A DNA stretch of 58,706 bases, filler included, from Sphacelaria rigidula (GCA_964200075.2; 10 parts of 10 records of this genome joined end to end with filler, not necessarily neighbours in it); one strand, 5' to 3'; shown: positions 23,620-36,180, counted from the whole stretch's first letter. Made by a program: numbers and translations. Notes: generated from the sequence alone by a model not told the origin.

Positions 23620-24800
23620 TACGGGCTTTTCGGTAAGCGTCTTGAGTAATTCGTGGGTGATATTCTCCATTTCTGTGGTGGAAGAAAACACGGCTCCTTC
23701 CTTGAGTAGCTCAGTAAGGGGGCGAATCCGTTCCGATAAATTCGGCAAAACATTGCGGTAGTAGGATAGCCCACCCAACAATGAGCGAAGTCGAGAAATG
23801 TTAGTTGGCATCGGCAAATCAGTCATCGCCTTGACTTTGTTTGTATCCGGATGCAGGCTTGCTGGCGAAATGGAATACCCTGAGAAATCCAAGTCAGTCA
23901 CACCAAGGCGGGCTTTGGATGGAGACAGTTTCAAATCGGGTGTACGTAGGCGAGAGACAAATTCTCGTAGAGTGCATATATGTGCAAGAGATGAGGCGTC
24001 GAAAGCGATAGCGTCATCCAAGTACATGATGATGTGCTCGAGGCCCTCGGTGATGCGTTGCATTAAGCGTTGAAAGCATCCCGCGGCCGTGGCGGCGCCG
24101 TGTGGCATTCGAAGCCACTCATTAAGTCCGGACGAGGTACAAAAAGCCGTCAGTAGAACTGTGTCAGGGTGTATAGCATTCTGAAAAAATCCAGAAGCGA
24201 GGTCGAAGGTGCTGAATATTTTCCGTTCGCCTAAGGAGTCGAAGACTTCATCAACGCGGGGAATTGGAAGTTAACGGACTACCGTGACGCGGTTCAACCG
24301 TTGATAATTCACGGTTATGCGTATGTTTCCATCCTTTTTGGGGACGACCACAAGTGGCGAGGCCCAAGGAGAGGAGGAATGTTGGATTAGTCCCACTCCC
24401 AAATACGCATCCAAGATAGCGTTAACTTTCTCGGTGAAGATTGGGTTGGTACGGTACGGCCGAGAAGAAATCGGCGAGACACCGGGTTGGAGGGTAACCT
24501 GGACGGGCAGTGTATTGCAATGCCCAAGATCCGTCTTGGATCGGGGAAATCGGTCTTGGCACTGTAGCAGGACATCACTGAGTTCTTGGATGATTACCGG
24601 TTCCCAGCCGGGCCCATGAAGGTCAAAATTGATGTCGCGCATGTGTGGCGGCAGTTGGTTCCACATGTGCAATAAACTATTCCGAGAATCTGGTGATAAG
24701 CGTTGGAGCACTTCAGCAGGAGGATCGGAATTTGACTGCGCAGGATCCACGGTGTGGACCTGGGGTTGAGTAGCAGAGGCGAGATCGAAAAAAGGTTCAT
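23620..24800 (-). pseudogene. pol: Ty3/Gypsy reverse transcriptase with one premature stop (24271-24273)
   Basis: SPWASPLVVVPKKDG.IR...NYQRLN, FSTFDLASGFFQ, EWLRMPHG, FQRLM, YLDD and LRSLLGGLSYYR motifs, all in one frame. Confidence 0.95.
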
Positions 24801-24802
24801 CG

Positions 24803-24819
24803 TCCTACCGTCGACGCCA
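24803..24819 (-). promoter_or_regulatory. Primer-binding site, probably for tRNA-Ser
   Basis: TGGCGTCGACGGTAGGA lies one base after the LTR end ...ATTACA and is complementary to a tRNA 3' end ...UCCUACCGUCGACG-CCA. It is identical to the TRIM PBS. The Ser assignment is inferred. Confidence 0.8.
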
Positions 24820-24820
24820 A

Positions 24821-25416
24821 TGTAATAAAGAGCAGGCGGCAGTATAATGCAAGGACACAGCTTGCAACCCAAGGCACAAGCTTGGCAGGCAAGTGTACAA
24901 CCGTCAGCCTGCTACAACTTGTAGATACCGTGCGAGCTGCTCAGTATCCAAATACCAGACGAGGTTTCACGCGAATAGGTTCTTCACTTCTCTCTTGATT
25001 ATCTTGATTCTAACTCCAGTACCCACTCTATCAGTCCAATCCAATCCAATGCGTCTCACCGATAGTTAGACTTCTTTTGCTGGAAGGCAATAGAGGAGCA
25101 GTTGATAGTGCGAAGGATGGGCGAGCTATATCGGTTCCAGCCGATCTATCTCGCCATCTTTTACCAATATACAAGCTCATATCCGGACCCGACCAACTCT
25201 GAACAGACCTGCAATCTTGTATACCGGGATTCCCCATATTACCGAAAGCCAGACTTCGACAACGGGTTTGAAGCGGCATGACAACAGGCTAGTATGCATC
25301 TTTATGACAGACGAACGAATATTACAGCTGCGAGGGTTTATCCTCAAAACAGCGAAAACTACGGTTATTTTACTCGTCAAGTCATGAGCGGCGAATACAG
25401 CATATCTAAAGGAACA
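24821..25416 (-). repeat. Single LTR of the Gypsy element (5' boundary uncertain, 25416 or 25431)
   Basis: Ends ...TTTATTACA directly before the PBS. Candidate starts (TGTT) follow purine-rich tracts GGTATGGGGG or GGTACGGGAG. Confidence 0.6.
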
Positions 25417-25599
25417 CCCCCATACCTAACACTCCCGTACCAACAATCCTGTACCTACTCCCACACCTCAAAATAAGGGAAGGATAGACTGCTTCGAGGA
25501 GCAGAACAAACTACTCCGAAACGCGGAAGAACAAACTGCTTCGGTGTGCTAGCGATCAACGAAGAAGCACAAATTGCTTTGGCGCCCTAGCAAACGTTA

Positions 25600-25745
25600 A
25601 GGGGGAAAACAGGGAGGTACAACAGGGAGCAGAGCTCTGACCTGGGGGGAGCCAAAGATCCAACAGGAAGCAGAGTTTCAACCTTGGGGAAATCCAAAGG
25701 TACAGCAGGGAGCAGAGCTTCAACCTGGGGGGAATCCAGAGGAGC
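25600..25745. repeat. ~42-bp tandem repeat x3 in the 3' non-coding region
   Basis: The unit CAGGGAGCAGAGCTTCAACCTGGGGG.AATCCAAAGGTACA repeats with variation. Confidence 0.75.
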
Positions 25746-25985
25746 TAAAAACTGCAAGATCGAAAAGCTGAAAATCGGTGATCCAACGAGATCGAGCGCC
25801 AGATGAAGGGGATACAATGGCTCCAGTAGTCGTAGGTAGCGGTCGTGTCAGTAGTGTTTTATCGTCGTCCGATGTAGGTCGCGCTGTTGTGGTGTCGTGG
25901 AAGAGGATCCTGGTAGAGAAGGGAGGGTAGACAATGCGTACGGAAAAAAATAGGGGCGGGGCAACAGTCACGACAAAAGCGTGGT

Positions 25986-27071
25986 TCAAAGCGGAGCGTG
26001 GACGTCGTGGGTGTCGTCGATGTTGCGCTGGAGACCGCGGCGAAGTCCTTTGGACTTGAGGCGCTGGAGACACCAGGGTCCGCGTGGTGCAGATGGGCTG
26101 GTGGTGTATAGCGATGGCCAAAGCTTGAGCTGTATGGGTCCAGGGTCATCGATAAAGCGCACGATGTATGTGTCGGCCGAAACCAGGTTAGCGGCGTGGG
26201 TATGACCCAACCACCAGAGGTTGTCGCTACCTTTGAACCAAAGGTAGCTGCCCTTGGGCAGGAGTCGCTGGTTCGCGAAGAACTTCGTCTTACAAGTGTT
26301 GGAGGGTACAAGTTCGTAACCATCGGCGACAAAGCGTAGTCCCTGATTGCGGTGAAGTTCGCGGGCTGCTGCGCCACGACGCATGTTGCGATATTTCTTG
26401 TTGTGAGCAAGGTGCTGATGTTGGGATTGCGTCCAGTAAAGGAGGATTGCACGACGGTGCAATTGCAGGTTGGATTCGCGTTCCCAAGATGCTCTCCGAA
26501 GATCGTGCCAGTGTGCCTTGTATATGACAGCGATCTTGCCTCCTCGACCACGGGTTATCTGGTGGCCGGAAATGGAGGACACAGCCAACCGAAGGGGCTG
26601 TTCCGTCACGTCGTCGGTTGTAACGTGGCAGGGCGGGGACTTGGTCGAGTAGCTGTTGAGAACATACTGTGTGAGTCCGGCAGGCGGGTACTTGGGCATG
26701 TCGCTTGTATCATGCGGGCTCGTGCAGGGTTTGCGTCTGTGCACGGAGACGCGGGGCTTGGTGTCCTTGCCCTGGAAGTCGCGAGGCAAGTCGAGATGGA
26801 GCAGTTTGTCACCGACGAGTTTTTCATCCGATGATGATGACAATGGTCCGACTGTCAGGATCTTGAATGGTCCTGTCCAATTGAGGGACAATTTTGTCTT
26901 CAAAATTGTTTCGTTGGATGCCTTGCTGGTGCCTTCGCGGATGGTCGACAAGCTGTCGTAGATCCAAACCCAATCACCAACTTTCCAGTTAGGGCATTTG
27001 TGCATGAGGTTGTAGAGAGCAGCGTTAGATCTCTCTAGGCGCGAGGCATTGATAGCGCGTTGTTCGCGCAC
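25986..27071 (-). pseudogene. Integrase C-terminal region: GPF module, chromodomain-like segment and further extension
   Basis: KVGDWVWI...KLSLNWTGPFKIL and VSSISGHQ...IYKAHWHDLRRASWERESNL. It is separated from the integrase core by a frameshift near 27140. Confidence 0.8.
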
Positions 27072-27133
27072 GAGGGTAAACGCTTTGCGCTGTCGCGCGT
27101 GCGCTAGCTCGTTGTAGGATAGCTGGTCCTGAT

Positions 27134-28237
27134 CTAATCGTTGGTGGCCATCGAACGTGTGTTGCTCAACACGGTGATAGGCAGCCGAGGGTAGCGTCCA
27201 AGATGGAGTTCATTCGGAGGAAGGCCTGTGGCGGCATTAACCGAGTTGTTGTAGGACAACATGATGTGCGAGAGATGTAGGTCCCAGTCATTTTGGCGGT
27301 CATTGACAACCATGGCGAGCATCTGGGCCATGGTGTGATTAACGCTTTCGGTACCACCGTTACCGTTCGGGTGGTAGGCGCTCGTGGCAATTTTGCTTAT
27401 GCCCAGGAGTTTGTAAAGCTCATCAAAGAGGTCTGAACAAAATTGCTGACCATTGTCTGAAAGTAGTCGCTTTGGGCAGCCGTTGTGCTTAATGTAATCA
27501 TGGACCAGTGTGTCAGCCGTTCCGGCGGCAGTGAAATCTGCGGCGGTTACCTCGTACATGGACGCGTGGCGGCTGAGGCGGTCAGTGAAGAGTAAGATGT
27601 AGGTGTTGCCGCGACCTGTGGTAGGTAGAGGTCCGAAGTAGTCAAAGGACACAAGGTGGCCGGGCTTGTCGGGGAGTCTCATAGAGATCACGGGCCAGCG
27701 TACAGTCTGTCGTGACGTTTTTCGGGCTTGGCATGTAAAGCATCGCCGAATCCAGAAGCGGGTTGAAATTTCCATACCAACCCAACAGTAGAAGCGTTCC
27801 AAGAGCGCGAGGGTGCGGGTGACGCCAAGGTGGCATGATAAGTCTGTGTGGCAGCCTTTCATGACCCAGGGGCGCATTAATAATGGCACATACATGCGCG
27901 TCGGTTCGTCATTGAGTAGTCGTGCGTTGCGTCCCGTGGTTGAGGCGGCAATTACGCCTGTCAAGGGCGTGGGCCGACGTACGAGTACTTGCACGCCTTC
28001 ATCCGTAGTAAAAAGGGTGCCTTTACGCACGAGCTCGTATACGTCAGAGATAACTGGTGGTGGCAGTGTTCCAACCGGGGCCAGGAGAGTGGACGGAAAA
28101 GGGGCTGGACAGTCAAGTTGTAAGTACCGGATGGCTGTGCTACATAGCGGCTCTGCGTTTTGTTCACGAGCCCAATCGCGGTGAGAGTAGCTGGCGAGAA
28201 CCTCGCGTAGTTGACCTTCCGCTGGCGAGCTGACCAA
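27134..28237 (-). pseudogene. pol: Retroviral-type integrase (H2C2 zinc-binding domain and DDE core)
   Basis: HTDLSCHLGVTRT...CFTCQARK, FDYFGPLP, LSDNGQQF, YHPNGNGGTESVNHT. Confidence 0.95.
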
Positions 28238-28294
28238 ACATGGTAGGGCAGGCGGTGGGGGAATAGGCGACGGGGTAGAAATGTCGACGTCGAT

Positions 28295-29224
28295 TCATGT
28301 TCCGGGAGCTGGAGACGAGTCGTCAGTTCCGTGCTCGGGGGCAGGAGATGTTTGCGACGCCATTATAGGCGGCGGGGGTGTATCAGTGCGCAGCGACGAT
28401 TGTTGGCGGCGCGTGGCGCACGGTGCAGAAGTGTTTGCGGTCCGTGGAACTTGTGCTGGGTGGCTCATAGGGGTTACAGGTGTTGTTGGTAGCGGCGGGG
28501 CACTCGGTGTGGTGCGGGCGGCAGACCGGGAGCGCATGTTGTCGGAGATAAGGTGGGTGACTGGAGGTGTCTCCGCGAAGAGTTTCGCGCGAGTACCGAA
28601 AGTGCGAAAATCGACAAAACCAGAGGTAGTGGGCTTTAATCCGCCCAAGACAGCGTCATATGGTGGAGGGCGAGGTCCTCCCATATGCATACCGGTTTCC
28701 GGGCACTGGAGGTCGAGGGCGTAAACGGGCGTTGAAAAACGTCTGATCGCGTGAATTACGGGTTCATCGGGTTCCGTTAAACGGCAAGCTGGGCTGAGAT
28801 CTGCGGCCGTAGGCGGCAGAGGTAGGCGGGAAAGAAGATCCGCGTTCCCGTTGGATTTGCCTGGACGGTTCTTAATGGTATACTGGTATGCTGTTAGAAG
28901 CTCCAACCATCGTTGTACACGAGGGTTGTGTTCACCAACCTTGGCGAGTTGTTCAAGTGCTCCGTGATCCTATAGATCTCGAAGGGCACGTGAAACAGAT
29001 ATTGTCAAAGGCGCTTAATGGCCCAAGTGATTACTCCGCCTTCTAGTTCTAGCGGGCTCCAATTGGCCTCGTTGGGCAGGGTAGCGCGGCTGATGTAAAG
29101 GGTGGGTCGGCCATAGCCATCAACCTGAGGTTGATTCAAAACTCCTCGAAACCATTTGTGCGGGCGTCAGTATGGAGTTGGAAAAGGCGGGAGCCATCTT
29201 GTACTGCCTCCCAATCAGGAAAGC
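28295..29224 (-). pseudogene. pol: RNase H domain (frameshifted) plus Pro/Thr-rich linker
   Basis: FPDW..FQLHTDA, YISRATLPNEANWSPLELE...WAIKRL, DHGAL, RVQRWLELL..YQYTIKNRPGKSNGNADLLSRLP. Confidence 0.9.
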
Positions 29225-29228
29225 AAAA

Positions 29229-29305
29229 GAGTCATCCTACGATAGGGGGGGGGTATTTCGTTGCACGAAAAACGAGGCTTATAAGTGTGTCAGACATCCT
29301 TCCAC
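29229..29305. mobile_element. Other end of the GAG-terminated DNA transposon
   Basis: AAAA|GAGTCATCCTACGATAGGGGGGGGGTATTT interrupts pol exactly where the 23615 end does. Confidence 0.75.
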
Positions 29306-29866
29306 NNNNNNNNNNNNNNNNNNNNNNNNNNNNNNNNNNNNNNNNNNNNTTAATTAATTAANNNNNNNNNNNNNNNNNNNNNNNNNNNNNNNNNNNNNNN
29401 NNNNNCAGGCCGAAGAAATCGTGGATTTGGTGATTTTGAGTCGTGATGATTTGTCCTAACCGTGGAATTTTTGCTTCGTTTGACCGTTGATCAAATACCC
29501 CGGGGAATATATCGAACGGCAAAGAATGATGGAAATGGAGGGGTACGGGGTTCGAACGTGACATCGCACAGGGTATGGTGTCATGTTTCCCCGTTGAGCC
29601 GCATGCCATGGACGGTATAAGTCGTTTCGGACGTTTTTTTGCAGGTATCATGGGAGAGAATTATAACACATGCACTGTCGGATACGGGACATTCACCTAT
29701 GCTGGTAACACATGAGGCGTCAGACAGGCGACACAGACCTCGAGCAAAGTACAAAACAAGTAATTGTACCCATATAATCTATGCTCGCATTGCCATAACC
29801 AAAATGAAATATGCCGCGAGACAGCGAAGGTGGTCGTCTTAAAGTTCACCTGCAGGGGAACTACGT

Positions 29867-30095
29867 GCTCATTTTGACGACCGCGATTGGTCAGAATGGT
29901 CATTCCGCGCCTCTCGGGCCTCGTTTCTGGCTTAGAATCTTCCGCGGGAAACTTCCTCGGACATGTGGTTGAGTTGGTGAGCTTTTCGGCTGCTCTGCGG
30001 ACAGGCCCCCCTCCCCCCGGCCACTGAAACCCCCCGAATATCTCCGGACTATCAGCCTGTGAAACTGCTCCGAGGCGACGCTCGCTGTGTAAGGG
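29867..30095 (+). mobile_element. Terminal ~230 bp of a piggyBac-like element; related copies at 46724-46860 and 47070-47150
   Basis: GCTCATTTTGACGACCG..ATTGGTCAGAATGGTCAT is shared with scaffold 8 and CCGAGGCGACGCTCG..TAAGGGTTA with scaffold 9. It ends AAGGG|TTAA. Confidence 0.6.
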
Positions 30096-30779
30096 TTAAG
30101 TGACGCCCCGCGATCAAAGATCGCTAGCGCATGCGGACACCATTTCATCATCAACCACAAGAAACACGGACGTTATACCTGCTCACATACGAGCCTACGC
30201 ATTTATCACGTTCCGCTCATATCCACACCAACATCAACTAGCATCTCCTACAGCCAGTACAAGTAAACCGCACGAAGAGATACCCGCCGCGTTTCTGTGC
30301 CAAGAGGAACATACGAGCGTCACGTCATCTAGGATACAGCAGTATATTGAACACTGCCGCGCCCTGACGCTTCGCCAGAGACCATGCACATCAATAACGT
30401 ATTGTAGCGAACAGTCCACATGTGTGTGCCAGCACTTGACTGAGCACGTTCAGTGCGACCTTCCTCGCAGAAACCACCATGGATCATGTGTGCTAACCAG
30501 AGCAGCACAACGCACAGATCCCAAACATCTACGTGCACGCCAGCATTTGATACAATACGCAATACGATCTTACTCGCTTAACCGTTATGCTTCATGCGCC
30601 AACAGCGGCGTAAAATGACGACGAATCACATTGCAGCAAGCTGCAATCGTCCTCGAAACGATTCACGAATACCCATTATGATGTGTTTGCTTGTTCTCAA
30701 CACGCACTCAATCACACCTGCACTTGCTCCGCAACAGCATCACCTTACCCCGATCTCACCACAATAACAAGCGCCTCGG

Positions 30780-31970
30780 GCAAATGCCTTCTTTGCAGTC
30801 CTCTAACCCCTTGCCGAGAAACAGCAGTACTTGAACCGCAACCTAGTGCGTATCATGTAGCAGCGTTTCCGCTCGAACACTCGCTCCTTCCATCATGATT
30901 TCAGCTACAGCTCGTACCCCTACAGCGCAGCCCAGCTCGCCACCAAGCGATATGTCCACACCGCCAAACCAATGCGACAAATCCTCTTCCCCTACAGATA
31001 CATGCGCAGTACAGAACATACCTATAGTTGAGTCAGCTTTTACAGAGGGAACGAGAGGCAAAACAGGAATAACCACACAGTCCGGCACAGCAACATCTCC
31101 GGACTGCATTTCAGCATCCTCCTCGAACACCCCACTGCACAATGGCGTGGACTTCTCCGTCATCGCCGCCAACCATGCCAAAGCTGCCCGTGTAAACAGC
31201 AATGCATACTACCACCGCAACACCACGCAACGCTCCACGCCCCCCTAGCATCTGCCTCGCAGATATAATCACAAGCCTGAAGCTCGCTCTGCGTATCCGC
31301 TCACATAGGTAACACTCCATTGCTGCTTCGAGCACGCAAGGTGCGTGCCCAGCCACGCGCTGATCATCGACCGAAATGCGGTCCAGCGAATTCACATCCG
31401 CCGAGTCGGGATCCACCTCTCCTTCAAGCAGACAGGCCCGCGAATCATCTGAACAATCTCCTGCCGTATCACGGAAGCAGATAGATTTGCCACGAGCATA
31501 GCGAACCCCAAGCTCGCTCTGTATGTTCACATTACGCAAATAACCCCCCCTCCCCCTGCAGCTCAAAACACGCTGGTCGGGTGGCAAAAAGCAACCGGGA
31601 CATTCGCCTCTCATCGCTTGCTCATCGGCCCATGCAGGCCCTGCGCTTTTAATAGCAGTAGCAGCAGTAGAAAAATCAATCATACTCGCTGCAGCTGCCA
31701 CCTGTCTGCCCGCCTCGTTCCTCTGCAGCAACAACGGCAGCTGTACGGTCTTCGGCGATCTCGTATCTATCCCCTCTAACAGACATGTGCTGTGTCACCT
31801 TCTCACCCCCCTCAACAGCAGGACCAGCAGCAGCCAAACCGGCTCCTACTATTGCACCCCCAGCGGGGGCGCTGTGGTGCCTGTACCCTCGCACAGACTC
31901 ATGCTGCGTCACTCCCTCGGTGTTCACAGTGCAGGCAGCTACCCGATGTCGTTGCTTCAGACCCGGATGC
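30780..31970 (-). pseudogene. Degenerate copy of the Ala/Gly/Val-rich ORF seen at 35962-37263
   Basis: Shared peptides LKQR.R.AACTV, LLPPDQRV, DTAGD.SDDS..CLLEG.V, LFT..ALA.LAAM.E, GVFEED, LSHWFGG.DI...GEL; broken by stops and frameshifts. Confidence 0.8.
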
Positions 31971-32484
31971 GGCGTGGACATTGGGGGAAGACTAGCATCC
32001 CGACTATCACTATCTGTGATCCCAGCGCTATGCATCACACTCGGGCAGTGTTGTTCCTTTTCAAAAATATGGAGGTGGTACGTTTGGAGATTGAGCGCCC
32101 CAACACAGCACACCTGGCGTCTGATGATGCTGAAACTTGACGGGCGTGGCACGAAGCCGCACGTAGGTGTTGACACGGCAGATTAGGCGATCCAAGGCGT
32201 TGAATGCGGTTCGTGGCTTGAAAGGATGATTATGCACGATGCTGCGGCGAGACCGAAAACTAGCACGCTTTGGACAGTGGACGCGGTAATAGTCCCTTGT
32301 TTCAGTGATAGACGCACAGGAAAACCTATCGATGCATATTGTTGAGCACGATATATGATGAAACACATTTATTGATCTGTATTGCACGCGATAATAGATG
32401 TTGCAACAGTAGATCAATAGTCCATGGCAATTACAATAGATCACTGGGCATCGATGGGTATCGTATACCGCAATAGATTCTGAA

Positions 32485-32509
32485 ATATATATATATATAT
32501 ATATATATA
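32485..32509. repeat. (AT)n microsatellite
   Basis: About 12 AT units. Confidence 0.95.
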
Positions 32510-35412
32510 GCCATCGCCGTAATCAATAGATTTGGTGAGGTATCCATCGATTGTCATTGCCGCCGTCAAAATATTTGGAAAGCTATCGATCGATACATTC
32601 GGCCGGCGGCGATAGATTCCGGTGTAGGGTCACGACAGACTGCTGCATGGATAACGGCGTTGGAAACGGGTCTATCGATAGACATTGCCGACGACAAGAG
32701 AACGAGAAACTTGTCGATCGATAGCCATTACGATCGACCATATTGGCATCTACTTCAGCAGATTCCATTGCTGTTGCAATAGATGCCGTCTATTGTCCAG
32801 GGTGTGAAAACTAGAACACTTTCTAATGACAATTCCAGAGGGAATCGATATGAAATCCGCGCGGGGCTAGGGGCTGCTCTTGCCAGCCTTGATTATGTCG
32901 CCCCCCTAACCGTCGAAGCTGGCATCAAGACGGGAAATAATCACCATTTAAGGTCCTCCATATGTCATGGGGAGACGTCGTTGGGTTTAATACCCCATGT
33001 CGAGCAAGACACGGTCGCACAACGTAACCAAAGAAAATAGTGTCTTTTACCAAGGACCACTGCGGACCTGTCCGAGCAGGGAGCAACGTCTTCTCCCTCA
33101 CCGTGCCAGACTCAGCGTGGAGGTTACCACGACGGTCTGAGAATGACCGAGGCGGGTGCTGTAGTATTCTTTTTTCAGAATTAACCGGATGTTCTCGCGG
33201 CGTATGTTCGCACGTGAAGATATCAACCCGTTTCTGACAGCCGCGTGATCGTCGTTTTGCGGAGTTTTGACTTGGTTCCAGAATAGGACAGAGTGCAAGT
33301 TGCAATTTGAACACATGTTCACGGATGAGATCGCGTGTATTGTAGCCATGCCCCGGCATGGTTCGAACCGTACAGTCAGTACTACAGTACTCGTTATACT
33401 GCCACGAGGAACACACGGGGTCAACTCCGTCCGGTATCAGCAGGAGCCACCAGAGGATGCGCCACCATAGCCGCCGTCATCACTTGTCTAACAGTTGTAT
33501 TATCGTGGCGGGATACATATCGTGCAATGCACGCCTCCCCCCACGACAACGACATGCATCCTTCCCGACCCGGCTGCCAATTGCGACGTAGGTCTGGAGC
33601 GCCGGGTATCCGTGCTGATGCGGATGCCTCTGTTCCAAGGATGTCAAGCTCTCTAGTCTCAGCAGATTTCAGGCCTTGGAGCATGACTGTCTCTAATTGA
33701 CGCCTCGGATAGTGTATTATAATCGCTTTAAAATGCCTCCACAATATCGAAAAGGAACAGCACTGCGAAGATGGCTCCGGCCTTGATGAATTAGCGGGCA
33801 CACACTGTAGGAAATCTCACGTTGGATTAAAATGTACGTATGCGCTGTCGTATCTGAGCGGATTTTCCTTGTTTGCCATGCTCCAAATGTGTAATTCCAG
33901 CTACGAGCCTCCGTCGGTCGACAAAGCGCGTGACTTCCGCCTCGCCAATCTGCCTCGTCGGATAAAGGACCCTACGCAGCCTACTGGCTTTCGTTTGGCG
34001 CGTCCAGGAGAAAAGGTGAGCCTTTTCTAACCCTTCTTTTTTCATACTCGTACGCACTCTTCATGGAGATTGATTGTATCAGTGCGGCCTCATCATCCCG
34101 CGTTCGGGTTTTTGATCCGGATGCATAATACCGATGTGTTTTACTCTACACTTGTCGAAAGTTTCATGGTTGGGTCAGTCACGAGTCAGTTGACCACGGC
34201 GTGGAGTTGAAGAAATTGTGCGGGTGCGGTACTGCACTGCACCAACTACCAGCCACCAGCCCACCCTTCACCACAGAGTACTGTGTGTGTTGCGCGGTCT
34301 CTGCTGGCGGCTGTGCTCTACTCAAGACACCCACGAGGCCATGCCCGTACACAAGCCAGCGACTGCACGGGGACACTGGGCAAATGCGATGTGGACGTTC
34401 GTTACAGTGCTTTTGCTCGATTTCCGGTATGTGACAAGAAGTCGATCTGCAATCTGCTCCGTTAAGAAAGTACATGAACTTCCTTGAGCTAGTTTTCCTT
34501 TCTCATTTATCTTTGGTGTGTATCTTTATATTTTGTGACAACATAGTTTTTCGAGGGATGCCCCAATAGCCCCCACCCCCCCCTTCATGCGACTCGCCGG
34601 ACACACCACGGCGCTTGGCGCTTGGTGATTGAGTGCGAGCCTGGTCCGNNNNNNNNNNTCCGTCCCGCATTTGTAGGGATGCGAGGTCAATGGTCGTATG
34701 ACTATGGCATGCATGATCATGAGTACACCCCCCCCTCTCCCTACACACACACACACACACATACAAACCCGCCCCAAATCTGCCACAAAGAAAACGGTCA
34801 TACAGCGCATGCAGTTGGTTTCAGACGGCATGGGGCACCTCGTGTGGGCGACCAGGCACCAGGCACCGCATCTTTTTCTCCAGCCGTGGTTTTTTCCAGA
34901 GGCCGCTCTCGAAACCTCGGAGCTAAGCGAATCGGAAATGTAAGCTAGACTCCTTTCGGTGGGGTGATACAACGTGTTCAAGACGTGTAATGGCTATATT
35001 CCTTGTTTGGGGGGACACGAACCGTGTCAAACGCCTCAAAAGTGGGAAGGTGATCCCCCCAAGAATGACCTGTAAGCGATGGTCTAAGTCGCCCCGTTTC
35101 TTCACATTTTTTTTTTTTTCCGATCATTTTTTTTTTTTTTTTTCCCTTTCTGTTTTTTGGCAGACCGCGAAGGGGGGGGGCCCGCCNNNNNNNNNNNNNN
35201 NNNNNNNNNNNNNNNNNNNNNNNNNNNNNNTTAATTAATTAANNNNNNNNNNNNNNNNNNNNNNNNNNNNNNNNNNNNNNNNNNNNGGCGTTGTGACCAT
35301 TGTCGTCTGGTGGTCAAGCGCGTCTTGGTGTATGAAAAAGTTGTTGTTCCTGTGATTCACAACAACGGTTTTTCTGGAACCGCTGTTGAGCTGTTGAAGT
35401 GCTGCTTTGTGA

Positions 35413-35810
35413 TTGTCCACGATGTACACATGTCGTGGTGGCTCGGCGCTTGATGAGCAGCGTGGAGGTAGCGGCAAAGCCTGTTCGACTGTTCAACATG
35501 ATGAGGCGCAGGAATATGTCATCGTCGATGGTCGTGTTTTTCCTGTACTGGCGCTGGAGGTGCCGTACTACGGCCGCAAGTTTTCGAGCGAGAAATCGGC
35601 CGAGTATTTACGCAAATACGAGCGACATGTGCGAGATGAGATCAGGTGAACGCGCGGTGGACAAACCTCTGTGAGGTGGCAGCAGTTTCTGACCTCATGC
35701 CGAAACATATTCCGATATGTCTGTGTGACACGTTCTTGAAACATGCTCATGACGTTGAGAACGGGCAGCTGCTTTTCGCGTTGCCCAAGCATGCGTCGTC
35801 CGGTGGGTTG
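35413..35810 (+). pseudogene. Gag-like N-terminal domain, frameshifted near 35645
   Basis: EYVIVDGRV..PYYGRKFSSEKSAEYLRKYE / VSDLMPKHIPICLCDTFL..LLFALPKHAS, homologous to 6147-6566. Confidence 0.65.
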
Positions 35811-35839
35811 AATCGCAATGTGAAGCGCGCACTTGTCAC

Positions 35840-36180
35840 ACAGCATGTGTCTGCCCAAGGGGAAAGGCATGGACAATACACCCGCCGAAGGTGCGGTAGG
35901 TGGTGCGCATTTGAAACAATGAAACAGGGCAGCTTCTTGCACTGCAAAAGCCGAGCAACTTGTGTCTACCCGATGGGACAGGCACGACAGTACACCTGCC
36001 GAACGTGCGGTAGCTGGTCCGCGTCTGAAACAACGATACAGGGCAGATGCTTGCACTGTAAAAGCCGAGAAGCATGTGTCTGCCCGAGGGGACAGGCATG
36101 ATAGTGCACCTGCTCAAGGTGCAGTCGGTACGGTGCGTCTTAAGCAACGATACAGGGCAGCTATTTTCACTGTGCAGAGC
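35840..36180 (+). repeat. ~114-bp (38-codon) tandem repeat x3
   Basis: The unit encodes approximately QHVSARGDRHDSAPAEGAVAGPRLKQRYRAAACTVKAE. Confidence 0.85.

Noticed and set aside
26352..28724. Plus-strand ORFs over the integrase region
   Set aside because: Antisense shadows of the pol frames.
35860..36101. Zinc-ribbon protein (CRTC...CLHC) in the alternative frame of the 114-bp repeats
   Set aside because: The third repeat has stops in that frame, and the scaffold 6 homolog conserves the other frame.
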